Sequence record: NC_061448.1
DNA length: 64,000 bases
Reading direction: 5' to 3' (one strand)
A program made the translations under genes and the position numbers. Under the pieces are notes generated by a model that had not been told where the DNA came from, did not search any database, and was given only the letters and a program-made list of their open reading frames with translations. Below, one piece after another: positions 45,774 through 54,910 of this stretch. Numbering within the stretch: the stretch's first letter is position 1; the number at the start of each line of letters is the position of its first letter.

Positions 45774-46376
45774 TTACACCAGAGGTCGGCCTGGCGTATC
45801 GAAGTTTTTACCGGCTGAGTAATCACCCAGCGCCTGATATAAAGAGTTACGCAACATCTGATTGATGATATCCGAGTTGTGTGCCGAAGCGTCTTTGAAA
45901 GCCACCTCGATCGATTCTGTTCTTGGATTCACTACAGCGTAACGTAACGGAGCGATCTGCTGCGCACCACACCACGCGTCAACTTTGATCTGCAAGTCAG
46001 GCGTGAGAGGAATGCGGAAGTCAGAGAGCTGAAACACAACACTCTGAATTGGAGGAGGAGATGACTGCGATGGAACAGGTCCGTCACCCAGTTTCTCCAT
46101 AGTCATAGCGGCAGAATACACAGAGGAGAATTTCGTTCTCAGTGTATTTGTCTCTACGAGCTTATAGCTATTCGATGCAAGCCCCTGACGACGGAGCTTG
46201 GCGATCTTAACAACGTAATCACCAGAGTCGTCAGCGGCGAATGCAACGTAAGCGTAGACAGCGAAGCCAGATTCTTCTCGAAGCAGCTTATGATCGAGGG
46301 CACGGGCACCCAAGATACGATTAAACTGAATCAAGTCCATCTGGACTCCGCGTGAAAGCGATACGTAGATCTGCAT
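45774..46376 (-). CDS. Hypothetical protein with MQIYVSLS N-terminus
   Basis: Coupled to the upstream gene. Confidence 0.6.
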   Translation of the reverse strand: MQIYVSLSRGVQMDLIQFNRILGARALDHKLLREESGFAVYAYVAFAADDSGDYVVKIAKLRRQGLASNSYKLVETNTLRTKFSSVYSAAMTMEKLGDGPVPSQSSPPPIQSVVFQLSDFRIPLTPDLQIKVDAWCGAQQIAPLRYAVVNPRTESIEVAFKDASAHNSDIINQMLRNSLYQALGDYSAGKNFDTPGRPLV

Positions 46377-46377
46377 A

Positions 46378-46716
46378 TTAGCGCAGGCGAGCGAGCGCCT
46401 TTTTAGCGTCTGCCAGAGTCAGTTCGTTTGTGTCGTCATCATCGAACTCAGGCTCCAAACGAATGTCGATGCCAGAGATATTGTAGCCGATCTCTTCGTC
46501 TTCGTCTTTGGTGATCATGCCGAAGCGCGCCGTACCATTTTTGTAGCTGATGAAGCGGAAATCAACAATGTCGTTTGCGCTACCCAGATCAGACGGCATA
46601 CCATCGTCCAGAAGTTCAAAGAACTCTTTCTTGGTCAGCTTTCCAAACACAGCATTGATAGCAGCAGCGGACTGTGACTTAACAGCTTCTTCCAGATTCA
46701 GTTTGATAAGAGACAT
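46378..46716 (-). CDS. Hypothetical acidic protein with N-terminal MSLIKLNLEEAVKSQSAA
   Basis: N-terminus aligns with MALIKINIEQAVVSESAA of 44725..45762. Confidence 0.65.
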   Translation of the reverse strand: MSLIKLNLEEAVKSQSAAAINAVFGKLTKKEFFELLDDGMPSDLGSANDIVDFRFISYKNGTARFGMITKDEDEEIGYNISGIDIRLEPEFDDDDTNELTLADAKKALARLR

Positions 46717-46718
46717 GG

Positions 46719-47291
46719 TTAGTTTACTCCAACTTGTTTAGTGATTGTGATAACACGCTGGTACCAACCATAAATGTTATCTTCCTGAGTTTCGTCTGCC
46801 TTAGCGATGTTCTTCAACTTCGCAATGCGGCAACCGTTGTAGGCATATGCCAGAACTTTAATATCACGCACTTTGCAGTACGCGTCCAGCGCAGCGATAG
46901 TTTTCGGACCAATGTTCGCAGCAGGAGCAAAGTCTGGATAGAGTCTGCCTCGGCTGTTCAAGATGTTCAATTGGTCTTGCAGCTCCGCGATTGCTGCTGG
47001 TGGCCCTGAGTTCACTGCGTAGTCGAATACCCACAGTGCCAGTTCCTGACTGTACTTCGCAAGCTGATCGCACTTGCAGAAGTCCCAGAAGTTAGCGCTG
47101 TAGATCGCATACGCAATCTCATAAGGCAGGTCTTGCATCGCACCCTTGTAGCCATAGGCACGAGCATTCTTTTCAGTGACGCCCCAACGAGTAGGACCGC
47201 CACGGTCAGCAGAACGGTTCGTGTATTTCTCGCCACCTTCGCGATCAATAACTTCCGCAATAGCTTTCTTTCTAAACGTCAATGCGTCCAT
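46719..47291 (-). CDS. Glycoside hydrolase family 108 lysozyme with C-terminal PG-binding domain (endolysin)
   Basis: REGG..YTN...DRGGPTRWGVT (EGG-Y motif), FDYAVNSG, C-terminal YGWYQR. Confidence 0.9.
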   Translation of the reverse strand: MDALTFRKKAIAEVIDREGGEKYTNRSADRGGPTRWGVTEKNARAYGYKGAMQDLPYEIAYAIYSANFWDFCKCDQLAKYSQELALWVFDYAVNSGPPAAIAELQDQLNILNSRGRLYPDFAPAANIGPKTIAALDAYCKVRDIKVLAYAYNGCRIAKLKNIAKADETQEDNIYGWYQRVITITKQVGVN

Positions 47292-47325
47292 AATAAATCC
47301 TCTTTTAGACGAACTAAAATTAGCG

Positions 47326-48171
47326 TTAGATGAACAACTTTGACTGTTTGAACTTCATCTTAGGGCGAGTGCCTGGGTCAGACACAATCGCATCAAAATC
47401 AGTCGTATCGAGTTTGCAGAACGCACGAATCTGAGGACTGTAGAAGAATGCTTTGTCCAACACAGGTGATTCGTCTACGCCTGCCTGATTCTGAGCGAAC
47501 ACACCAGTATACAGAGGACTGCCTGCAATTCCCGGCTGACCGTTAGCACCGTTGGCAGTAAGCGAAGTAGGGAAGCCCATCATCGCATAGCCGAAGTTAG
47601 GTGTTTCAGTGGCATACACGGTGATGAACTTACAGGCACCAGTAGATCCACCAGCGCTCGGAGTAGATGCAGCAGTCTCGCCAGTTGCTCGCACGTATCG
47701 AACAGCTATATAGCCTGTAGCATACTGACCGTAAGGACAGTTACCATCATGCAATTGGATCGGAGGCATCGTAATCGTTTGACCACCAATCATGCCTGTC
47801 GTCAGGAAGACCGTAGTTGATCCTCCTGTGTTCATAATCGAGTAGGACTGCGCCTGTGCGATGCTCGCATTACCGCTTAGACCTCTCGATGAATCCTGCT
47901 GCACGATATCCGTATCGTTGTTAAGCGCAGAAGACGAAGGGTGAATGTACTTCAAACAGGTGAAGTGATAGTTGTTTGACTTACGACCACGAATAGGATT
48001 GAGAAATCCATTGAAGCCCAACACTGCTCGCGCTGTCCTTGCGAGTGTGTTTGCTTTTGCCATATCAGTCAGGACAGAGAAGTCAGACTGCTCACGGCTG
48101 TCGTATAGGAATACGTTCGGGTTTGTGGCGGACGGTCCCGCCAGTCCGAAAAAAGAAGAAAGGTACTGCAT
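47326..48171 (-). CDS. MQY-family paralogue 4
   Basis: MQYLSSFFG...PNVFLYD...ARAVLG...LNPIRG...YHFT; C-terminal DFD...PGTRP. Confidence 0.65.
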   Translation of the reverse strand: MQYLSSFFGLAGPSATNPNVFLYDSREQSDFSVLTDMAKANTLARTARAVLGFNGFLNPIRGRKSNNYHFTCLKYIHPSSSALNNDTDIVQQDSSRGLSGNASIAQAQSYSIMNTGGSTTVFLTTGMIGGQTITMPPIQLHDGNCPYGQYATGYIAVRYVRATGETAASTPSAGGSTGACKFITVYATETPNFGYAMMGFPTSLTANGANGQPGIAGSPLYTGVFAQNQAGVDESPVLDKAFFYSPQIRAFCKLDTTDFDAIVSDPGTRPKMKFKQSKLFI

Positions 48172-48202
48172 AGTATCACCTCAAGTATAATGTGCTTCGG
48201 TC

Positions 48203-49087
48203 CTATATACGCAAGTTAGTTGACTTGAATCTAAAAGGCGCACGGGTTCCGGGGACGAGATTCGGAGAAACGTCATAGTCGTTCTGATCTAACATCACCA
48301 GAGTGTTGAATGCTTTCCAAAAGAAAAGGCCGAACGTCAGATTAACTGTTTCGTCCTCTGCTTCTCTTGGTCCCCAGAACAGTCCGTCGCTTCTGTATGG
48401 CAAGTACATGTCCGCGTAGTTACCTCTGTCAGTAGCTACAGACAATGCTTTCATTGCCATTGCAAATCGAAAGTTAACAGTCGATACGGTGTACACGTCA
48501 GCAGGAGCTATCGAAGGATTGTTGTAACCTGTCACGAATTGATCAGAGTTAGTTGCAGGTCGATCGATGATTGCACCATTGTACGATCTGTAGTGAATCG
48601 TACTTGGGAATCTTCCCCATTGAGTGTCTGTGCCAGTAGTGGCGGCTGCCGCACACTTAGGGAAATGCAGTTTCACGTCGAACGGACAGTTGACGACTAT
48701 CGTACCTTTAGTGATCGTATAGTCAGGGAAGTACAGTGCTCTGGTAGCATCATAACTTTGATAGTCAGTAGACACAGCATCAGAGACATGCAGGGAAAAC
48801 CCAACTGTATTCTCTTGGGTTATAGGTTCGTATGTTGCCGGCGCCCAGTCTTTATCTGCCGCGTATTTGGCAAACGTAGGGAAGTATTTATTCCCATACT
48901 GACCAGCAACAGGATTAAGTTGACTGCCTATACCTAGAAACGCTCGCGCTTTATGTGCATTCGCTTTCGCAAACGTCAGGTCACGCATCTGAGCTTTAGT
49001 CAATCCGTCCTTGTCATCAAACAAAAGAACGTTGGGCATTGTCATCACAGGACTGGCAAGGCCAAAGAGGGCAGCTATGTATTGCAT
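48203..49087 (-). CDS. MQY-family paralogue 5
   Basis: MQYIAALFG...PNVLLFD...ARAFLG...LNPVAGQ; C-terminal DYD..PNLVPGTR. Confidence 0.65.
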   Translation of the reverse strand: MQYIAALFGLASPVMTMPNVLLFDDKDGLTKAQMRDLTFAKANAHKARAFLGIGSQLNPVAGQYGNKYFPTFAKYAADKDWAPATYEPITQENTVGFSLHVSDAVSTDYQSYDATRALYFPDYTITKGTIVVNCPFDVKLHFPKCAAAATTGTDTQWGRFPSTIHYRSYNGAIIDRPATNSDQFVTGYNNPSIAPADVYTVSTVNFRFAMAMKALSVATDRGNYADMYLPYRSDGLFWGPREAEDETVNLTFGLFFWKAFNTLVMLDQNDYDVSPNLVPGTRAPFRFKSTNLRI

Positions 49088-49153
49088 GAGTTCTACCTCA
49101 AGTGAAGATCGGAAGGTTCTACGCGTTGAGATAAAATTAGCTCCGAAAACGAC

Positions 49154-49173
49154 AAAAGGGGCCGAAGCCCCTT
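49154..49173 (-). terminator. Rho-independent terminator
   Basis: AAGGGGC-TTCG-GCCCCTTTT on the minus strand. Confidence 0.75.
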
Positions 49174-49513
49174 AGAATGTCCAACGTGTTGACCAAGCGA
49201 TTAAGCCTGAGAGAATGCCAATGTGCGACAGATAGCCGAACTCCAAAACATAACCTTTGACGTAACGGTTGAGTCCACAGGCATATGCACTATCATACAT
49301 GGCAGTAAGCATCGTGAATGACAGCACGTAGATCGTAACTTGCCACTTGGCCATCTCTACTGCTTCATAACAAAACATCATTAGCAACAGCGGGACGACC
49401 ATTATGTGTATCACACGTTTCGTTTCAGTCATGTTGATATTGAACACGACACGCCGCATCAGGAACGAAGCGAGTATCGACACCAACATTAACGCCTGGT
49501 AATCTGCTGACAT
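49172..49513 (-). CDS. Small membrane protein (about 4 hydrophobic segments)
   Basis: Strongly hydrophobic 113 aa; exact start uncertain. Confidence 0.55.
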   Translation of the reverse strand: MSADYQALMLVSILASFLMRRVVFNINMTETKRVIHIMVVPLLLMMFCYEAVEMAKWQVTIYVLSFTMLTAMYDSAYACGLNRYVKGYVLEFGYLSHIGILSGLIAWSTRWTF

Positions 49514-49812
49514 ACTCGGTCCACTTGATCTTGTGTTACGTTAGGACGACTCTTACGAAGTTCGAGAGCCAATGCAGCACGTTCGCCTATACGCGCCATA
49601 GACTCCAGATCTTCATCGGAGTAACCTTCCATCATATCCACCACAGTACGCAAACGGCTATGCTGCTCCGGCGTCAGGTCAAAAACAGAAGACAAACGCG
49701 ACAGGCCTGTGCCGAAAGCAGTTGCTACTTTGTTCCAGATTCGAGGAGCGTTCTCGTCTACCTGAACCATCAACGTACCATGACGCTCTACGTCATGAAT
49801 GTTTCGACTCAT
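49489..49812 (-). CDS. Hypothetical protein
   Basis: Start probably MSRNI, just after the upstream stop. Confidence 0.55.
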   Translation of the reverse strand: MSRNIHDVERHGTLMVQVDENAPRIWNKVATAFGTGLSRLSSVFDLTPEQHSRLRTVVDMMEGYSDEDLESMARIGERAALALELRKSRPNVTQDQVDRVCQQITRR

Positions 49813-49813
49813 A

Positions 49814-50527
49814 TCACACACCCTGATTAGCGAGATAGGTATCGGTGATGTTCGAGGTCTTCTCTACGTTACCACGAATGTAACCGATTTCGAATACCTG
49901 AACGTTGTGTTTGACAACTGCTTCACCGACTGTCTCACACGCACCGCTGTTCAGATCAAGGAAAGCCTGACACAAACGTTCTGCAACAGGCTTGGCTAAG
50001 ATCTTCATCAGCGTGTGCTTTTGAATCGCAGACAGCTTGATAGGCAGCGCGTCGATTTCACGTTCGATGTTCTTACGACCACCGTTGTAGATCCAACGAC
50101 AGATGGTTGCAGTCAAAGGTTTCTGGTGAGTCTTCGACGGCAACGTGTAGATGTAAGTCATCAGGCGATAGAACAGGCTGCCGTCGATTGCACGTTTCTT
50201 GAGGTCATCCAGATACTGACCAACAGGAACGAGCTTGGCTTTCTGCGGTTCCATTTGATCGAGTGTGAGATCAACGTCGAGGCCATAACGACGCAGCGTT
50301 TCAGAATGACCGAACACATACACGATATGATCAGGCATGTCACGAATCGCTACGGCATTGCGAGAATACTCTTTCGTACCTACAACGAACAGGTACTTAC
50401 GATATTTCTTAGAAGGGTCAATGGTGCCACCCTGAGGAACGAATGTCACTCGGTCAGCTTGTCCCTTCTTTCTGAGCCAGCCCAGAACTTGCTCTGGGCT
50501 TTGTCGCGTTACTGCGATTACAGGCAT
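49814..50527 (-). CDS. Hypothetical protein (237 aa)
   Basis: GGAG SD; in the SbcC operon. Confidence 0.65.
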   Translation of the reverse strand: MPVIAVTRQSPEQVLGWLRKKGQADRVTFVPQGGTIDPSKKYRKYLFVVGTKEYSRNAVAIRDMPDHIVYVFGHSETLRRYGLDVDLTLDQMEPQKAKLVPVGQYLDDLKKRAIDGSLFYRLMTYIYTLPSKTHQKPLTATICRWIYNGGRKNIEREIDALPIKLSAIQKHTLMKILAKPVAERLCQAFLDLNSGACETVGEAVVKHNVQVFEIGYIRGNVEKTSNITDTYLANQGV

Positions 50528-50529
50528 CG

Positions 50530-50850
50530 TTACTCCACCGTGTTCAGAGCTTTAGCCGTGTACTCGCGCAGAGTACGTTCGATGTTTGTTGCCAACGTAG
50601 GATGACAGATCAGCTGGTGGTCTTTCATGTACACACGCAGCGACGGTCGCATCACCTTACGCACTTGCGGATAGAGGCCGAAGATTTTATGCAGAGGCGT
50701 TTTGTAGTAGAACTCCTCTTGCTCCTCCATGCAGTTGTGATTAGCAACAACTTCATATTTGGCAAAGATGCCTGGGTTGCGATTGATATACGCAGGGTCG
50801 AGAGGTACGCTACCCTTCTCGTGCTTGTTGTCAAGCTGACCGAAGATCAT
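50530..50850 (-). CDS. Hypothetical protein (106 aa)
   Basis: Coupled to sbcC. Confidence 0.6.
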   Translation of the reverse strand: MIFGQLDNKHEKGSVPLDPAYINRNPGIFAKYEVVANHNCMEEQEEFYYKTPLHKIFGLYPQVRKVMRPSLRVYMKDHQLICHPTLATNIERTLREYTAKALNTVE

Positions 50851-53186
50851 TACATCACCTTACGCGTAAGAGAAGACCGGCCTTGTTTCTTGGTCACAGT
50901 CCACTGATTGTTAGAGAAGTGCTCAACGTCATTCGGAGTTATCCAGTAGATGTTCGGGATAATCTGTTTGAGTATCGGCAGGAAGTTATTGATGATATGC
51001 TCACTGACTGCTGGGCTGCAACTGTTATCAGGCTCGTCGAGAATGATAAAGTTCGTGCGACGGTTAGCAGGGATGAACGGCATGATCGCTACAGCAAACA
51101 AGAGGCGGAAGCAGTTTGTCTCTGCACCACTCATGATTGCAATGTCGGTTGTCTTCTTAGAAGACACACGCGTAACGGTCGCACCAACACCTTGCTTGGT
51201 CGTGAACAAATCGAAACGCATAGGCTCAGGGAATACGAGAGCGCTGTATTCATTCAGCTTTGCTTCAATCTGTTTGATACGACCTTCAACAGCTTTCAGT
51301 TTGAGAGCGTTGTTGCTATAAGCCTTGTACAGCACCTCGAACACTTTGCGCTTATCGATCAGCGGTTGCAGGTCTGCGAGTTTGCCACGAAGTTCACGCA
51401 ACGTTTCTTCGTAGTGCTCATGCTCCTGAATACGCATCTGGATGTTCTGCGCTTTGCGTTCTTTCTTCTCAATATCGGTTATCAGCTTTTCAACTTCTGC
51501 GCTAACCGTTTTGTACTCAACATCAATCGAGAAGAAGTCACGCTCAGGCTTACCGATACCTTTCATTGCAGCACGAAGGTCTTTCAGAATCTCAAGGTCC
51601 TTGATTCGGTTCTTGATCGTCTTACGAGCTTTCTTCGGTTGCTTCACTGCTTTAGGTTTCTTGAGCGCGTCACGCTTCGCCACCAGCTTCTCGTACTTCT
51701 TCGCTGTCTCGAATTGTTCTTCGATAGAATCCAGCGCTGTGCTGATTGCCGCAAGTTTCTTCTCAAGGTCTTTGCGCTTATGCTTAGGCTTCTTCACCTT
51801 GTCGTCTTGCAACGCGGTGAGTTCAGCATTCAACTTGTGATAGTCGATTGCCTCAATACATTCATCAATGATTGCCTGAGCTTTCGTTGCAGCGCGGGCC
51901 ATAGCTTTCAGGTTAACACCCTGACCGCAAGTAGGACAGGAGTTGCCGTCGTGATCGTGTTCTTCAAAAGCACGATACGCCTGAACTATTGCTTTGGATT
52001 CTGCTCGGGCATCTTGTGCCTCTTCCTGAGTTCGTTTAGGAGCTTTGAGCTTAGACAGCTTTTTACTGAGCTTGTCAACTGCTTCTCGCCACTCGTCGTA
52101 TTCTTCTTGTTGTTCATCGACCTTCTCCAGTAACTCCTCAAGGCTTTCTTCTTCCTTGACAAGGCGACTATGTTCTTTACGCAGCTTCTTGTTATCAAGC
52201 GCTGTCACATCACCGAGAGCTTTGATTTTCTTTTTGACGTCGGCCAGTTCAGACTGATACTCGTCCAGAGCTTCAATGAAGTCATCGTAACGGTCGTGCT
52301 CCAACAGCAGACCACGCAGGTTATTGAGTTCACCTTTCAGGTCGTCTGTCTCAACGCCGAGCACATCCAGCTCACGCTGGAGCTTCTCGTACTTCTTCGC
52401 GTTACTGCGCTGTGCACCGAGATCGATAAGCAGTTCAGACAGTTCGTTACGCCGCGCTTTCATCTTGTCAGAGTGCTTGATGATTGCTTTCAGCGTATTC
52501 TTTTCTTCGGCGTGAATGTTGAGAACGTTCTGCTTGCGCTGGGTAACGTCCAGCATATCAGCCAGACCCTTCGATTCTGTCTCAGCGTCTTTCGCTAAGT
52601 CCAGTTTCTTCTTCAACGCCTGACGAATGTTGTCGAAGATATCCAGGTTGAATAACGAAGTCAGGTACGTCAGGCGTTCAGCAGGAGTAGCGCGTTGGAA
52701 CGGATGCTGAATCTGCGACTGAATGTACGCGTAGCTGTAGAACTCGTCACGCGTTAACGGCCAGTGCTTTGTCACCCAAGAGCGAGCAACATCCTGACGA
52801 TCTACTTTCTGGTTCTCACCGTTGTAGAATACCTGATACTTTGATTTGGTTTGAACGATACGAACTTCACCACCGAGAGGTGATTGCCATGCCAACTCGA
52901 TTGAGCTGTCTTTACCGAGCATGTTCCCCTTGTCTTTCTTCTTCATCGCAAGAGGATCAGCTTCATACAGCAGAGTCGGGATAGCACCGAACAGGAGGCT
53001 TTTGCCTACACCGTTCGTATTGTCTTTAACGTTCGGACTGTCGAGGTTCTTACCACAAATGGTTGCGAAGCCTTCACTGTCCAGTGTAGCAATATCAAGT
53101 TCTTCGTAAACACCAACGTCACGCAGATGGATTTCTTTCAACCCTATCCCGTGGTGCTGTTTTTGCTTTTGCTTCGCTTTGCCCAT
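50850..53186 (-). CDS. sbcC: SbcC/Rad50-like SMC ATPase
   Basis: Walker A GKN...NGVGKS, Q-loop IQSQ, coiled coils with CPTC zinc hook, signature MSGAE, Walker B IILDEPD. Confidence 0.92.
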   Translation of the reverse strand: MGKAKQKQKQHHGIGLKEIHLRDVGVYEELDIATLDSEGFATICGKNLDSPNVKDNTNGVGKSLLFGAIPTLLYEADPLAMKKKDKGNMLGKDSSIELAWQSPLGGEVRIVQTKSKYQVFYNGENQKVDRQDVARSWVTKHWPLTRDEFYSYAYIQSQIQHPFQRATPAERLTYLTSLFNLDIFDNIRQALKKKLDLAKDAETESKGLADMLDVTQRKQNVLNIHAEEKNTLKAIIKHSDKMKARRNELSELLIDLGAQRSNAKKYEKLQRELDVLGVETDDLKGELNNLRGLLLEHDRYDDFIEALDEYQSELADVKKKIKALGDVTALDNKKLRKEHSRLVKEEESLEELLEKVDEQQEEYDEWREAVDKLSKKLSKLKAPKRTQEEAQDARAESKAIVQAYRAFEEHDHDGNSCPTCGQGVNLKAMARAATKAQAIIDECIEAIDYHKLNAELTALQDDKVKKPKHKRKDLEKKLAAISTALDSIEEQFETAKKYEKLVAKRDALKKPKAVKQPKKARKTIKNRIKDLEILKDLRAAMKGIGKPERDFFSIDVEYKTVSAEVEKLITDIEKKERKAQNIQMRIQEHEHYEETLRELRGKLADLQPLIDKRKVFEVLYKAYSNNALKLKAVEGRIKQIEAKLNEYSALVFPEPMRFDLFTTKQGVGATVTRVSSKKTTDIAIMSGAETNCFRLLFAVAIMPFIPANRRTNFIILDEPDNSCSPAVSEHIINNFLPILKQIIPNIYWITPNDVEHFSNNQWTVTKKQGRSSLTRKVM

Positions 53187-53380
53187 TAGATATACTCGTA
53201 GGTCTTTTCTTGAATCAGGCCTTTACCGTGAGTCTGTTCGAACACTTCGATTTCATCGGCAGTGTACTCTTCGGCTGACTCTGCGATCACGTCATACGCA
53301 TACGATTCATCGCGCGTGTCGGACTCAACAGGTTTTAAGATTCGCCATACAGGGAGTTGTACTGGTTCGCGCTTTAACAT
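53186..53380 (-). CDS. Hypothetical protein (64 aa)
   Basis: Stop/start coupling on both sides. Confidence 0.55.
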   Translation of the reverse strand: MLKREPVQLPVWRILKPVESDTRDESYAYDVIAESAEEYTADEIEVFEQTHGKGLIQEKTYEYI

Positions 53381-53586
53381 TAGTGGAATACCGCCGTTGG
53401 TTCAACCCACAGTTCAGCCGCATACTTCTTGCGGAGTTCGTTCAGCACTGCTTCTGTTACAGGGCTTGGGGAAGAGAAGATGCACTGAGGTGTCTTCTCC
53501 TCTTGTCCAGTTACTGGATTGATATCGGTGTCGTGACGCATTACGTTCCAGCGTTTGTTCACGCGGATATTGATAGTCTGTTCCAC
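53380..53586 (-). CDS. Hypothetical protein (68 aa)
   Basis: First gene after a CTGTAAATA motif; GTG start. Confidence 0.55.
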   Translation of the reverse strand: MEQTINIRVNKRWNVMRHDTDINPVTGQEEKTPQCIFSSPSPVTEAVLNELRKKYAAELWVEPTAVFH

Positions 53587-53623
53587 AGCAGGTACCTATT
53601 ATTTCAGTATGAATGATACTCGT

Positions 53624-53632
53624 TATTTACAG
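53624..53632 (-). promoter_or_regulatory. CTGTAAATA motif upstream of the sbcC operon
   Basis: Exact copy following a terminator. Confidence 0.7.
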
Positions 53633-53649
53633 TTTTTAAGGGTATAGAC

Positions 53650-53685
53650 AAAAAGAAGGGCCACCAGCAATGGCAGCCCCGCTTT
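53650..53685 (-). terminator. Probable terminator
   Basis: Imperfect GC-rich hairpin followed by TTCTTTTT on the minus strand. Confidence 0.5.
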
Positions 53686-54134
53686 CAATAACGTCTTGGT
53701 TTCTTCGGCTTTTTAGGGCGTACTGATTTAGGACGCTTGATACGCTGTAGCGCTTTACGTGCCTCAGCGATTTGAGTAGACAGTGCTGCGCGTTGCTTCT
53801 TCGTCGCATCAGTATCTTGGTCCGTGCCTTTCAGTTTCTCAAGGCGATTCCACTCTTTGACCAAGCGATCCACGACAGCAGCACGAGAGACACGTTGCTG
53901 GTTAGTGCGCACAATATCCTGCTGCGTCTTGACCGAGCGTTGACTGTCTAACACTTTGGTTCGTGCAGACTCAATACCTTTCGTGTCACCCTCAGACTGT
54001 TTCTCGTTGAGCGCTTTACGGGCAGCGTTGTTTCTGCGCTGTGCTCCCTTGAGATCGTCACGCGAGTTCTCTAAACTGACTTTCGTTTCTTCGAGCGGGC
54101 TGGAACGCACACTCAAGCTAACCATGATTTCCAT
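53685..54134 (-). CDS. Basic coiled-coil protein with MEIMVSLSV N-terminus
   Basis: GGAG SD before ATG at 54134; the track's start lies inside a terminator. Confidence 0.65.
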   Translation of the reverse strand: MEIMVSLSVRSSPLEETKVSLENSRDDLKGAQRRNNAARKALNEKQSEGDTKGIESARTKVLDSQRSVKTQQDIVRTNQQRVSRAAVVDRLVKEWNRLEKLKGTDQDTDATKKQRAALSTQIAEARKALQRIKRPKSVRPKKPKKPRRY

Positions 54135-54150
54135 AACGGCTCCAAAAATG

Positions 54151-54177
54151 AAAAAGGGCAGCCGAAGCCACCCTTTT
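54151..54177 (-). terminator. Repeated UUCG-loop terminator, copy 4
   Basis: AAAAGGGTGGC-TTCG-GCTGCCCTTTTTCATTTTT on the minus strand. Confidence 0.8.
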
Positions 54178-54264
54178 GTAGATGGCGCGCTATGCACCCG
54201 ACTGTTAAGTCTACTACGGTTATTTTACCTCGCAGTAGTCAGCGAGGAGATTGGGATCACCTCC

Positions 54265-54801
54265 TCATGCTGATTGAAGATCGACAACTTCCTCGTCTTC
54301 TATGTCAGCGGCAGACCACGAACGAAGCACGGACGCATTGCCGCGATTGCCTGTCAGCATTGACTTAACTGCTGGTTTAGCATCGCGTTCTGCATAGTGG
54401 TCGATAAGAGCTTTGTCATTAGCGAACCACATAATGGAGTGACCACCTTTAGGGCAGATCAAGAATTGAGTTGGACGCTGCGGTACATTGAGCGTCATGT
54501 ATAAATCGCCGACGCCGTTAGGACCCATCATAGGCATCGGCTTCATAACTTGTGAGAAGTCATGCGCGTCTTTAAGACGAACATCACCCAGTAACCAGAC
54601 AGCACCCTCTTCACCTTCACGCACAGCAGACAACGTGCCTTTGCGCGTAGTGATAGACCCGAATACGTCTTGATCGAATCGTGCAAGGCCAAAGATAAGC
54701 GATGCGAGTTTCTTCAAATCAGGTGTGGTACATGGACTGTCGATTTTCGCCATGCCCTCAGACCCAACTGTAATCTTCGAGAGTGATACAAAGATTTCCA
54801 T
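54265..54801 (-). CDS. Hypothetical protein with MEIFVSLSK N-terminus
   Basis: Stand-alone gene, TAATTT upstream. Confidence 0.65.
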   Translation of the reverse strand: MEIFVSLSKITVGSEGMAKIDSPCTTPDLKKLASLIFGLARFDQDVFGSITTRKGTLSAVREGEEGAVWLLGDVRLKDAHDFSQVMKPMPMMGPNGVGDLYMTLNVPQRPTQFLICPKGGHSIMWFANDKALIDHYAERDAKPAVKSMLTGNRGNASVLRSWSAADIEDEEVVDLQSA

Positions 54802-54868
54802 TATTGTCTTCCAGAGCTGTATGATTAATTGTGGTTAAAATTATCAACGAGTCAGACATTTCTGAAAT

Positions 54869-54900
54869 AAAAATGGGCAGCACTTTGGCCACCCATTTTT
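54869..54900 (-). terminator. Terminator variant after dnaX
   Basis: AAAAATGGGTGGCC-AAA-GTGCTGCCCATTTTTATTTC on the minus strand. Confidence 0.65.
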
Positions 54901-54910
54901 CACTTATTTA

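Noticed and set aside
49172-49513. Holin assignment for the small membrane protein
   Set aside because: Hydrophobic and near the lysozyme, but separated from it by a terminator and two genes and lacking a charged C-terminal tail; left as a membrane protein.
50883-52133. 416-aa plus-strand ORF antisense to sbcC
   Set aside because: Same shadow effect; fully inside a well-supported gene.
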